In this document: positions 19,271 to 29,341 of the stretch, piece after piece | How positions within the stretch are numbered: position 1 is the stretch's first letter | Layout of the letters: the number at the start of each line of letters is the position of its first letter | Assembly (NCBI GenBank): GCA_947625185.1 | Contig: CANQNJ010000003.1 | Span: 1 to 63,923 of the forward strand | Reading direction: 5' to 3' | Length of the DNA: 63,923 nt | From: an uncultured Clostridia bacterium | Lineage (GTDB): Bacteria; Bacillota; Clostridia; Christensenellales; CAG-314 | Notes under the pieces: generated by a model | Databases searched by the model: none | Seen by the model: only the letters and a program-made list of their open reading frames with translations | Told to the model about the DNA's origin: nothing | Position numbers and translations under genes: made by a program

Positions 19271-19651
19271 AATTTTCTCCTTACGGACATAGTAATCCAT
19301 TTTGTTATATGCTACCACTTTTGCGCTATATTGTCAAGTAGACAGTTATATATTACACAACCGCGGCAGCGAAAAAAGGATAGCGCGCAACGCTCCTCTT
19401 ATCGTAAATAATACGTAAGCGCGGCGGACTCGCCGACGATATCTGCCGTGCCGTCAGACCGTCAAAGGGCGCGCGCCGTGCAAATACCGTACTTATCCGC
19501 CTGTACCTGACCGCCTAAACGACGAAACAAATACATATAAATCATATCCGAACGTGTTATTGCACTGTACTTTAAGCGGATGACGAGTGGCGTTTTACCG
19601 AATTTTTACGATTTTTTTATTTTCATTTGCTTTACGCGATAATTGAAAAAA

Positions 19652-19660
19652 TGTTAAAAT
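19652..19660 (+). promoter_or_regulatory. Candidate extended -10 promoter (TGtTAAAAT) for the second giant lipoprotein gene
   Basis: Sequence read directly. About 95-nt leader ending in RBS AGGAGG (19739-19744). Confidence 0.4.
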
Positions 19661-19752
19661 ATTACTTATTATTTCAAATTCAATTTAAGGTAAATTGTCA
19701 AAAAAATACGAGGGTTTGCCGAAAATTGCAATAAAAACAGGAGGGAAAAGGT

Positions 19753-22700
19753 ATGAAACAAATCAAAAAGCTTGTGCTTGCCGCGCTGTGCGTCGCATTG
19801 GCGTTGACAAGCACCCTGTTGATTGTTGCCGCCTGCGATTCCGAAAAGGGATTTACGGTAACGGTGGCGCAATACAACACGGAACAAGGTTCCGTCTCCG
19901 TCAGCAAACCCGCAGAGGGCGAACTGTATGACGAGGGCGAAACAGTAACCGTTACGGTAACTCCCAAAGGCAATTATACCGTGCGTAGTTTAAAGGTCAA
20001 CGGTCAGGATGCGGAAATTCAAACGGGGGGGGTACATACTCCTTTGAAATAACCGGCGACACGACCGTTGAAGTGACGTTTGAAGAATTTGTGCCGACGG
20101 TATGCACTATTACCGTCAGCGCGGACCCTGCCGAAGACGGCACGGCATCGCTTAGCGCCCCCGAACACGACGGCGAATATTGGGCGGGCGACGAAGTGAC
20201 AGTCAACATCACGCCCAACGACGACAAAATGGTCGAGGCAGTCGAAGTCAACGGGACGGAGATCTCGCCGCAAAACGGCGTGTACAAGTTCACCGTCACC
20301 GAGGACAGCGCCGTCATCGTCTACTTTATGGTTCGCCAGATAGACCGCGCTCAACTTGACGCGCTCGGCGGAGACATCGCTTTCGAAGGCAGCAGAGTGG
20401 ACGTATTCGACAGCAGCAGGCGTCCCACCACTACATTCAGTATCCTCGGCATATTCGACGAGAAGCTCAACGCCGTGTACAACCTCGTCATTAACGAGAG
20501 CAACGGCCGCGTCTCGCTTGCCTCGCTCAAAACGGAAATAACGGGCATGACGGGCGAATATGCTTCCTACAATGGTTACGTAGGCAACGTAGCCCACTAC
20601 GCCGACGGTACGACTTACTTTATGCCCCTCGGCAACGAGAACGGCGAACTGTTCACTATGGACGATATTGCCAATCCGTTCAAAGCCATATTGCCCAACC
20701 AGATCGTATACGCCGACAAGGGCGTGTGGAAGTTCGAGGATATGTCCGTAGCCGCGCAGGTACTCAGCGCCATCACCGGCTTCAACGACAGTATCGAATC
20801 GGCAACGCTCATAGAGGGCGACGACGGACAAATCGAGACGATTTTGTTTGAAACCGCCACCCGCGCTTATTCAAGCTCCGATCCGCACACTTACAAGACC
20901 ACTTACACTCTCAACGTAAGCGACAAGCGTATAGACCCGGCTTGGCTAGGCGATTACACAGAGACCACCGCAAGTCAGCAAAAACTGCAAACGGCATTGG
21001 AAACCGCCGCAGCGACAACGTCCTACAAAGCTCATTACCAAAGTTTCCCCGCCGCCGGCTCGTCTTCATCTCCGGAAGAGTACGATGTGATAGCCACCAA
21101 CCAAGCTATCTACGAAGATCAATCGGGCGGCACTAACTTATATCGCCGCGAGGACGGCAGCGCCAACATTTTCTATCTGTACAACGGCGCCTTCTCCAAG
21201 GGTTCTCTTTATTGGGGCGGTTCAACCTTATATGAACTCAGCGCCAACTTTGCCGACTTCAACGTGCAACTGATGGAGGAAACGGAACCCAACGTTTACC
21301 AACTGCGTATGTTCGACGCTATGGTATTGACTACGACGGGATCCGGCTACGAGTCCTCCGGATTGTTGGAGGACAGCGCTCCCCTTGTGCCCGGCATCAG
21401 CCTGCACAACGAATGGAACAGAAGCTATCAACTTACAGTCCGTCTCGACGAACAGGGCGTTCTTCAATCGATTGATTTATCCACCGAATACGGCGACAGC
21501 TATACGATAACGTTCAGCGAATGGAACACCGCCGAACTGCCCTTTGAAATTCCGGAAGACGCCATTCCCGCGAATGTGCCTGTGGAAATGATCGGCTTCT
21601 GGATCGACAACGAGAAGAAATATACCGTTACCATACGCGTTGACGGCAGTACAAGCGGTCTTTCATATGGCACCATAACACAAGACGATGACGGCAACTA
21701 TTACATGACGGGTAGCAGTTGGCACGACGGCGCAAGCCACTCGTTGCGATACGGCTTCGAGATGCTCGAAAACGGCTGCCTGCAACTGTCTGTTTCCGAG
21801 GATGGCGGCGAGCCGATAATTGCGGAACTTTCTCACTGCTCCTATTCGGAAATAGATTTCGCCGATTACTATGCTCAATCTCAAAACGGCGACGTCTACA
21901 ACGTCCATATCTCCAACAAAGAATTTTCCGTTACAGTCAACGGAAACAAAAAGGTCGCTACCAACGTAACTCTGGAAGGAACATTTGAAAATTATGTACT
22001 GTTGATAGAGTTTGAGGACGGTAGCGAATACCTGATGTTGCAAAACGACACCAATTACAGAACCTGGGCGCTGTTCCTCGATTACGAGAACAGCATGGAT
22101 TACGTTATGCTCAATCGTATCGACTACGATTGGTCTCAGTATGTGGGCGAATATAACGGCAAAGACGCCGACGGCACCATATACAAAGTGGAAATACAGC
22201 AGCAAGACGGACTCAATCGGATAGTTATCACGACCACCGCTCCAGGTAAGGACGCCTCCACCGTCACAGTGGACGACGCTATGTTGCTGTGGTACTACGA
22301 TTATTCCAGCGACAGCTCCGCCGCGCGCTTTATGTTCGAAGCGGACGGCAAGCAGCAGATGGTCGTTCCGTTCCTGGATACCTTTGCTGCGTATAACAGA
22401 GAGGACTTCGACATGCCGCTGTTCCTCGCCAAGAAAGACGCTGCAATGGATTGGTCGGACAGCCCGTTGCTCGGCAAGCATTACGGAATATTGGACGGCA
22501 AGAATTACGAACTTGACGTTACCGCCGACGCGGTTTCCGTAACCATCGACGGCAAAGCCGCGGAAGTGACCGTGCTTAACTACAACATTCTCGCCGACTT
22601 CACATTGCTTGTGAACGGTCAGCTCACCACCATTGCCCGTGACGACGAGGAAGCGGAAGCAATCAACGTCATAGACGTAAACGGCAATCTCCTTTGCCAA

Positions 22701-25271
22701 CTGTTCGACGTACTCAATATCACAAATCCCGATTTGTGGCACAATTGGATAACGGACGACGGTTCGATATTGCTCGTCATCGACAACGAAGGCGTTTCCG
22801 CAAATTACAGTGAGGTTCTCGGCGTTACGCCCGCGTCCGACGGACGTTACAGCTTTGAGTGGAACGGCAATACGTATACATTCGGCTTGGCGGGCGACGG
22901 CACGCTGTCTCTCACAAGCGACGCTCTTACCGACGACGTTACGCTCGTAGTCGCTCCCGGTTGGTCGCTGTTCATAGGTCAATACAGGGGCATTTACGGT
23001 GCGGGTGAAGAACTTACGCTGGACATCACCGCGTCTCACATCGCATTTAACGGAGCGCTGGATATGGAGTTTACCGAGAATGACGATATTATGGTAGCTG
23101 CGGTAGGCGTACCTATTTCCTGGAACGAGAACGAATATTACTTCCTGTTGCAGGTATATATGGGCGGCACCTATTACCGTCTGCAAACGCCGCGATACAA
23201 CGAGGAGAAATACAGCTCTCTTACTCGCATCGACACGCTCTGTCTGATAGAATCAACTTATATGGACAGCCGTATGACGTTAATCGAGCCTGTCCTCACC
23301 GCGCTGACGGTCAATGAGTACCAAGGCGAAAGCAACCTCGACAGCCTGCGCGGCATATGGCGCTCGCAGTACAACGACGTTATACTCGAAGTAGCCGACG
23401 ACGGAGTGTATATCACTGCCGACGGCAAAAACTCCGTCCCCGCGATACTTTATTCCTACGAAAACGGCGCTTACACATTCATAACGCTCAATGACGACCT
23501 CTCCTTCGGCACGGAGTACACCTTTGCTCCCGAAGGATCGGACGTAATATACCATGGCGACAGCGACGTAACTCTCGGCAAATCAACCGCCATACCCTAC
23601 TCGCTGCACGGAACGTACGCTTCCGAATCGGGCGAATATGTGCTTATACTCAGCCACCGCGGCATTTACTTCAACGAGGACTTCGTAACGGATGTGACCG
23701 AAGCTGACGGCAAGTATTCCTTCTCGGTAGAGGACGCCGATTACACCCTGTCCGTCAATGCCGACGGCAGTATCGCTCTCGGCGGCGCCGCAAATGCAAC
23801 GCTTATCGCCTGCAAGTGGGCGGATCTCATCGGAACCTGGCGCAGCGGCAGCACGCAAGGCAAGATATACGGCGATTGCACCATCACCATCACGGCAAGC
23901 GGCTTGACGCTCACTACGGCGGACGGCAAGACATACACCGCGACAAATATCTCCTGGTATCTGTATACAACTGACAGCATTCAGAGTCAGGTGATTTCCT
24001 TTGTTGCGGGCGACGAGGGCTATCAGATACAGACCATAGATATGCAGAGTCTGCAACTGTGGATAGACGACGGCTCCGCCGTGACATACTATTGGTTGGA
24101 TTATAACGTAGACGTAACGGATGATTGGTCCGAATACATCGGCGGCGTATTCTCCGACGGCAAAGTATCCGTACAATTTGACGACAACGAACTTGTCGTA
24201 ACAGTCAACGGCGAACCGCTCAATATCACCGACGTCAAGGCGATAGCCTCGGCGGACTACTTCCGTTCTTCGATAAGCATAGCATTCACCTTTAATTGCG
24301 GCGAGACGTCTTACACCGTAACTTACGGCTTGATGACGGGCTATGTAATATTTGACGACGGCACAAGCGAAAGCAGATTGCTTTTTGCCGATTACCAAGC
24401 GGATTACTCCGAATATGTCGGCTTGTATGTATCCTACTACCCGACCAACGACTTCATCTACATCCTCAATATCGGCGAGGACGGCTCCATCGACCTTACG
24501 ATTGGCGGCTCCGAGGCGAATGTGGAAGTTCTTTCCTTCGACGCCGCCGAGGGCTTTGCGCTCAAAGTGGACGGCAAGGATATGTGGCTTATGTACCGTT
24601 ACGACAGCAACTACGACGAGCAGTTGTATCTGGTGGACGGCGACAGATGGAGTCTGCAAATGAACCATTGCAGATGGGAAGAATTTGTCGGCGGAGTATT
24701 TGTCGGCGAAAAAGACGGCGTAACTTACAAATTCACCGTCAAGGCAGACCGCGTCATCTTCGAGATGGGCGAGCAAGTCATTGAGTTGGATATCATAGAC
24801 GGCATAAATTACACGCGTAACCACAATCAGTACGACAATTTCAATTTGTATGTGAATATGACGTCTTACAATATTCTCATTCTCAACACCAACAAGTTGC
24901 GCTATCAATACTATGATTCGACAATATATCAAAATGTTTCGATAGACTTGATCCGCGAAGGTACGGACGGAACTCCGCCCGATCTCGGCGAACCCGACCT
25001 GACGCCTTACCGCGGCAAAACTTATAGAGGAACAGTTCGGCTTGCCACAGGACAAACGACGGTAACGTTCTCCGTCAGCGCCGACGGCAGCAAGATCACC
25101 CTCTCGATCGGCGATCAGACGGTAGAAGGAACCGTCGGTTTCAACGATTACGGCAATCTGCAATTCAGATTTGTATTCACCGACGATACCTACACGGTAG
25201 AACCGAGCGGCACGGGAATGCAAGTCGGAAATTCCATGACGCAGTGGTTCGTTTTTCTGTCGCTATCCTGA
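19753..25271 (+). pseudogene. Giant acidic surface lipoprotein, paralog of 793..6411, interrupted by a frameshift in a G8 tract
   Basis: ORF 19753..20052 encodes the signal peptide, lipobox (LLIVAAC) and first repeat, then stops 20 nt after the G8 tract. ORF 20073..25271 continues the same repeat in another frame. Adding one G gives ..EIQTGGGTYSFEITGDTTVEVTFEEFVPTVCTITVS, a seamless InlB-B-type repeat. The rest is collinear with the 1872-aa paralog (for example NPF..GVW.F.D, TSYKA.Y, FS.WN...LPFEIP...VPVEM.G.W). Confidence 0.85.
20025..20032 (+). repeat. Homopolymeric G8 tract at the frameshift site
   Basis: aaacGGGGGGGGtaca was counted directly. G9 or G6 would restore one ~1839-aa frame. 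Confidence 0.95.
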
Positions 25272-25315
25272 CGCAACCGATAAATAAAACTTTGCAAAAC
25301 AAAATAGTTTTTTTT

Positions 25316-25344
25316 ACCTCTCCCTTTGCGGAGAGGTTTTTTTT
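25316..25344 (+). terminator. Rho-independent terminator of the giant lipoprotein gene
   Basis: ACCTCTCC (25316-25323), a 6-nt loop, GGAGAGGT (25330-25337), then a T-run through 25344. Confidence 0.85.
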
Positions 25345-25380
25345 ATCCGACCAAACGCAGAGACAAGGTTGGAAACTGTG

Positions 25381-25730
25381 TATATAAAGCCGTCCCTTCG
25401 TCGTGCATAGATTGTATCGTGCAAGAAAATACATTACGACTAAGGGAAGGGGGACCGCGCTATGCGCGGTGAAAGGGACTGACGGGAATAAAGTGAAGTT
25501 TGCCGCAAAGCGGCAAGTGAGGTAAGTCGCATCGGGTGTTCCACGCAAAAAGGCTTTGCTTCGGGCTACGCCCTTGTTGCAGATTATTTTGCGTTGGAAT
25601 ACCCTCGCTCTCGGTGTTACAAGGTCGAAGTTAGTAAAATTCACCCTATCAAACCCCACCACCACCTATCGGTGGTCCCCCTCCCCTTATGCCCCTCAAA
25701 GGGGCAGAAAGGGAGGCTTTTGTAATATGA
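25381..25730. repeat. Intergenic mosaic C of hairpin-rich repeat modules
   Basis: A family-1 unit at 25381-25477 is the reverse complement of 36087-36178. A GTGAAGT-hairpin unit lies at 25493-25523. The family-2 long hairpin at 25525-25610 is the reverse complement of 36311-36396. A further ACCACC-tat-GGTGGTCCCCCTCCCC unit lies at 25653-25730. Confidence 0.8.
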
Positions 25731-25908
25731 TACGAGATTGATTCCTCTACATTCAGGGCGAATCACTACACACTGTTGTGATTGACTTTCCGCGCCACGC
25801 CCACTTCCGCTTGAAAGGGCGCCTTTTCGTGGTCCCAATGCTGCGCTTGCGCCCCGTCAGGGGTCGGTTGCGCAGTCAACCGTACAGACGTGCGTTTGGT
25901 CGGTGTGC

Positions 25909-25946
25909 AAAAAAATTCTCCCCGTTGCTGTTGTGCAACGGGGAGA
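25909..25946 (-). terminator. Rho-independent terminator of the NYN-domain gene
   Basis: Perfect 12-bp stem TCTCCCCGTTGC/GCAACGGGGAGA (25917-25928 and 25935-25946), followed on the minus strand by ATTTTTTT. Confidence 0.85.
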
Positions 25947-26068
25947 CTGCCCAAATGGGGTCAAATTGATATACATTTACAAACTTGCAATATAGCTCTG
26001 CGTCGGCAAGAGGGACTTACGTCCGTATTACCGCCGCTATGCGCGGGTATTGCGTTCGGGTTGCGGGA

Positions 26069-27112
26069 TCACTCCAAACCGTCGAGAAGTTTACGGATTT
26101 CCTCGACAAATTCGTCGTCGCCGTCCCGACTGTTGCGGCGGATCTCCTCTATGCGCTTGATGAGGTCGCCGTCGTTGGAGGACGCGTACGCCGCGCGCGG
26201 ACCCGATTGCTGCGATACGGGAGTTTCGTCGCGACGGGCAGATTCCGTCGGCTGTTCCGATACGTCGGGGGCTGCCGTCTGCGCTTGGGGTTGTTCTTGC
26301 TGCGGCGTCTCCTGCGAAGCGGGGCGTTCGCGAGAATTCTGTTCCTCGCGCATTTCCGCAATGCGTTCGAGAAGAGATTTCGCTTCGTCGACTATGCTTG
26401 CCATATTGCCGTCGGCGTCCGATGAGGACGTCTCTTCGACGGGAGCCGTCGTTTCCGGTTCCGCTGCTTGTTCGACATCTTCGGCGGAGTCCGTTTGCTC
26501 GTCGGAAACGGCAGTTTTAAGGCGGTCGATCTCTTTGAGCAGCTCGTCCGTACGCTCGGAACTTATGCCCTGTTCTGCATCCTCTTGCGCCTCTTCAACG
26601 GGTTGTTCCACCGTCGCCGCAGGCATATCCGCTATATTGAGCGAGCCGAAAGCGTCGATATCCGACAGTTTGAGTTCGAATACCACGCCGAGATCCACCA
26701 CTTCGTCCACAAACGAACAGCTTGCGTCGTCGGCGTTGTCGAGGGCGATGACCTTGATGCCGCGACTGCGCAGATAGCTGTACAGATACACGAGATCGGT
26801 GGGCTGCGCAACGATACATACGGCGTCGATAGCGGGAGTACGCGTCACGGCGTCCACCACGTCTACGAATATACGGGAGTCGAATTCCTTCCTTCCGCGG
26901 CGCTTGATACGCATCGGACGCTCCACTTTGTAGCCGTGAAGCTGTGCGTCGGCAAATATATCCTTGTGCTTGCGCTCTCCCGCGCCGTATATTTTGCCGC
27001 TGAGGATAGTCCCCATTCCGTTGAGCTGTTCGATGACGTTGAAATAATTGTCGCTTTTGAGTCCGACGTTATCCACATCGATGAAAAATGCAATATGCCT
27101 GTCTTTGAGCAT
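26069..27112 (-). CDS. NYN (LabA-like) domain protein with a long acidic, Q/E/P-rich low-complexity C-terminal half
   Basis: MLKDRHIAFFIDVDNV and VCIVAQPTDLVYL..L..RG..V match the NYN/LabA pattern. RBS GGAGG lies upstream of ATG 27112. The track ORF is extended upstream. Confidence 0.7.
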   Translation of the reverse strand: MLKDRHIAFFIDVDNVGLKSDNYFNVIEQLNGMGTILSGKIYGAGERKHKDIFADAQLHGYKVERPMRIKRRGRKEFDSRIFVDVVDAVTRTPAIDAVCIVAQPTDLVYLYSYLRSRGIKVIALDNADDASCSFVDEVVDLGVVFELKLSDIDAFGSLNIADMPAATVEQPVEEAQEDAEQGISSERTDELLKEIDRLKTAVSDEQTDSAEDVEQAAEPETTAPVEETSSSDADGNMASIVDEAKSLLERIAEMREEQNSRERPASQETPQQEQPQAQTAAPDVSEQPTESARRDETPVSQQSGPRAAYASSNDGDLIKRIEEIRRNSRDGDDEFVEEIRKLLDGLE

Positions 27113-27138
27113 TGAGTTACCTCCGCTGTTACTTCTTT

Positions 27139-27981
27139 TTATTGTACAGTATTTGGCGTTGTTTGTCCATACTTTCTTTGAAAATAAAACAAATATTGTT
27201 GACAAAGTCCCGCGTCATCGCCGAATAAATTGCAGAAAAAAGTCGATATCTCGCCGTCCTTGTGCCCCTGCTCGAAATATGTGTGATACACCTTTTTGAG
27301 CCAGGTGTCCACGGGAAATACGTCCCCTCTCCGCATACCGAACAACAGTATGCAGTCCGCCACCTTGGGACCCACCCCCATAAACGTCATCAGTTCTTTG
27401 CGAGCGGCGGCGCTGTCCAGCTTATCCAACGAGGCAAGATCGTATCCGACGAGTTTACGAGCCGACGCCACTATGTACTTGTCGCGATAGCCCGCTCCCA
27501 ACTCGGCAAATAACTCCGCGGAACTTGCGGCAATGACGTCCGCCGTGGGGAAAGCCTTGCCGTAAGGCGTATCCGCGCCCAATCGGTCGCATATGCGGTC
27601 GATTATCAGCTGTATGCGCTTGATATTGTTGTTGGCAGAGATGATGAAGCTGAATATCATCTCGGTAAGGTCCTGATGGAGTATACGGATACCTTTGCCG
27701 TACTCAGCCGCACGGCGCATAATGGGCGACAGCGCAGATATACGCTTCACCTTGGCTGCGTAATCGGTATCGAGATCGAAAAATCGCCGAAAATACTCTC
27801 CGTCGTCGGTGTACACCTCGACGGTATCCCCGACGGTCGCCGCCTCGGCATATTTGTCCAGCGAATACACGCCGTATCTGTCCTCCGCAAGACGTTTGTA
27901 TCTAAAAATTTGTCCGCATTCCAATGTGTCCTTTACATTGAAATATTCGGAATCGTATGTAAATGCAAGGGGTAAATTCAT
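27139..27981 (-). CDS. ogg: 8-oxoguanine DNA glycosylase (OGG1-type HhH-GPD)
   Basis: GVGPKVADCILLFG...FPVDTW matches the OGG1 catalytic Lys/Asp HhH-GPD motif. Start MNLPLAF at 27981. Confidence 0.8.
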   Translation of the reverse strand: MNLPLAFTYDSEYFNVKDTLECGQIFRYKRLAEDRYGVYSLDKYAEAATVGDTVEVYTDDGEYFRRFFDLDTDYAAKVKRISALSPIMRRAAEYGKGIRILHQDLTEMIFSFIISANNNIKRIQLIIDRICDRLGADTPYGKAFPTADVIAASSAELFAELGAGYRDKYIVASARKLVGYDLASLDKLDSAAARKELMTFMGVGPKVADCILLFGMRRGDVFPVDTWLKKVYHTYFEQGHKDGEISTFFCNLFGDDAGLCQQYLFYFQRKYGQTTPNTVQ

Positions 27982-28005
27982 AGTAAACGTCCGCCTTTGT
28001 AACTT

Positions 28006-28037
28006 AAAAAAGGAGATTGCGCACAGGCGCAATCCCC
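28006..28037 (-). terminator. Rho-independent terminator after rpmA
   Basis: On the minus strand GGGGATTGCGC-ctgt-GCGCAATCTCC is followed by TTTTT. Confidence 0.8.
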
Positions 28038-28053
28038 TTGACAGCAGATACTG

Positions 28054-28335
28054 TTATTCCGCAACGGGATAGACGGAAACTTGTCTTCTCGTCTTGGTTT
28101 GCTCGAACTTGACCACGCCGTCGATGAGTGCAAACAGGGTGTCGTCCTTGCCGATACCTACGTTGTTGCCGGGGTGGAAGTGCGTTCCGCGTTGTCTGAC
28201 GAGAATGTTTCCGGCGTTGGCAAACTGACCGTCTGCGCGCTTTGCGCCAAGGCGTTTGCTTTCGCTGTCACGTCCGTTCTTCGTGCTGCCCATTCCTTTC
28301 TTGTGGGCGAACAACTGTAACTTTATGAACATCAT
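28054..28335 (-). CDS. rpmA: 50S ribosomal protein L27, with the N-terminal propeptide typical of Bacillota
   Basis: [41 protein letters not shown]. Confidence 0.95.
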   Translation of the reverse strand: MMFIKLQLFAHKKGMGSTKNGRDSESKRLGAKRADGQFANAGNILVRQRGTHFHPGNNVGIGKDDTLFALIDGVVKFEQTKTRRQVSVYPVAE

Positions 28336-28336
28336 T

Positions 28337-28666
28337 TCAAATTACCTCCAAATTGATAAAGTCGGAATACTCCGTGTAGAAGTCCTGCAATCCGCACAGC
28401 ATTGTGTTGAGAATTACGTCGGCGTCGTGCCGCTCCTCTGCCGTGAGACGCTCGGGAAGAGTAAACCTCAGAAGTCCCTTTTCCTCGTTGACGTCGAACT
28501 TCACATTGATCTTTGCCACCTGCAACAAGCCCAACAACGCGGACTGTATCAAGGTGGAGACCCCCGCGCACACGATGTCCTCGCCGCTTACGCCGTAACC
28601 CGTGTGACCGCTTGCGCTCACTTCAACGATGGAATTGTCTTTGCGTGTGATGGTGATATCCGTCAT
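28337..28666 (-). CDS. prp: Ribosomal-processing cysteine protease Prp
   Basis: 109 aa, [35 protein letters not shown] (His/Cys dyad). It lies between rplU and rpmA, and its start overlaps the rplU stop (TAATG). The 215-aa track ORF is an upstream over-extension. Confidence 0.9.
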   Translation of the reverse strand: MTDITITRKDNSIVEVSASGHTGYGVSGEDIVCAGVSTLIQSALLGLLQVAKINVKFDVNEEKGLLRFTLPERLTAEERHDADVILNTMLCGLQDFYTEYSDFINLEVI

Positions 28667-28974
28667 TAGCCGATAGTGATACTGTTGACTTTGAGCTTGG
28701 TATAAGGCTGTCTGTGACCTTGGCGATGACGAACGTTCTTCTTTGCCTTGTAGGTAAAGATGTTGATCTTCTTGCCCTTGCCATGCTCTACTACCGTTGC
28801 CGTAACTTTGCAGTTGGCTGCGTCGGGACCCGCGACTACTCTGTCGCCGTCGGCGGCAAACACAACTTCGAGTTCCACTGCGGAATTGACTTCGGCGTTG
28901 AGAAGTTCCGTCTCGAAAACAAGACCTTCCGTCACCTTGTATTGCTTTCCGCCGGTTTTTACGATTGCATACAT
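28666..28974 (-). CDS. rplU: 50S ribosomal protein L21
   Basis: MYAIVKTGGKQYKV..G......KV....HGKG.K...F.YK.KKN.R...GHRQ.YT. Confidence 0.95.
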   Translation of the reverse strand: MYAIVKTGGKQYKVTEGLVFETELLNAEVNSAVELEVVFAADGDRVVAGPDAANCKVTATVVEHGKGKKINIFTYKAKKNVRHRQGHRQPYTKLKVNSITIG

Positions 28975-29062
28975 TGTAACTCATAACCTCCTGATAAGAC
29001 TCGCTATCGGGGTGGCGGATCCGTAATCCGCGCTTGACAAAATGACCCTTTTTATGCGGCTG
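28975..29062 (-). promoter_or_regulatory. 5' leader of rplU-prp-rpmA, possible L21-type ribosomal-protein leader
   Basis: About 85-nt untranslated leader with hairpin GCGGAT-tacgg-ATCCGC and RBS AGGAGG. The identification as the Rfam L21 leader is only positional analogy. Confidence 0.3.
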
Positions 29063-29068
29063 ATATAT

Positions 29069-29097
29069 ATATTACAATAAAAGGCGCTTATTGTCAA
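29069..29097 (-). promoter_or_regulatory. Sigma-A promoter of the rplU operon
   Basis: The minus strand reads TTGACA (29097-29092), a 17-nt spacer, then TAATAT (29074-29069). Confidence 0.7.
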
Positions 29098-29279
29098 ACA
29101 AAAACGCGTCCTTTTCTCGCAAAATTTGCCCGTATCGGGCAATTGAGTAATTGCAGCGCAGGGGGACGCCGCTTTCTGCCCTGCCGATTGGAGGCGAGGG
29201 CTTTCCATACGACGTCTCCGACGGCTCGTAACGGCGCATTTCGCTGAACGCGTCGCAACTTCCGTCGCACAATAAATTG

Positions 29280-29308
29280 CCCCATATCACACAAAATGCG
29301 ATATGGGG
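29280..29308 (-). terminator. Hairpin downstream of the LRR protein gene, likely terminator
   Basis: CCCCATATC (29280-29288) pairs with GATATGGGG (29300-29308). On the minus strand it is followed by CAATTTATT. Confidence 0.5.
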
Positions 29309-29341
29309 TAAGGAAAACGTGTGTTATCAACATTGTCGATA

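Noticed and set aside
21663-25223. Minus-strand ORFs of 507 aa (21663..23186) and 546 aa (23583..25223) opposite the second giant lipoprotein gene
   Set aside because: The reason is the same: they are antisense shadows. The plus-strand product is collinear with its paralog.
25177-26777. ORFs 25177..25665 (-, 162 aa) and 25890..26777 (+, 295 aa)
   Set aside because: The first spans a terminator and repeat modules. The second is antisense to the acidic tail of the NYN gene (Ser/Cys/Arg-rich shadow).
28337-28984. 215-aa ORF covering prp and rplU
   Set aside because: Its N-terminal half is an out-of-frame read-through of rplU. Only the last 109 codons (Prp) are credible.
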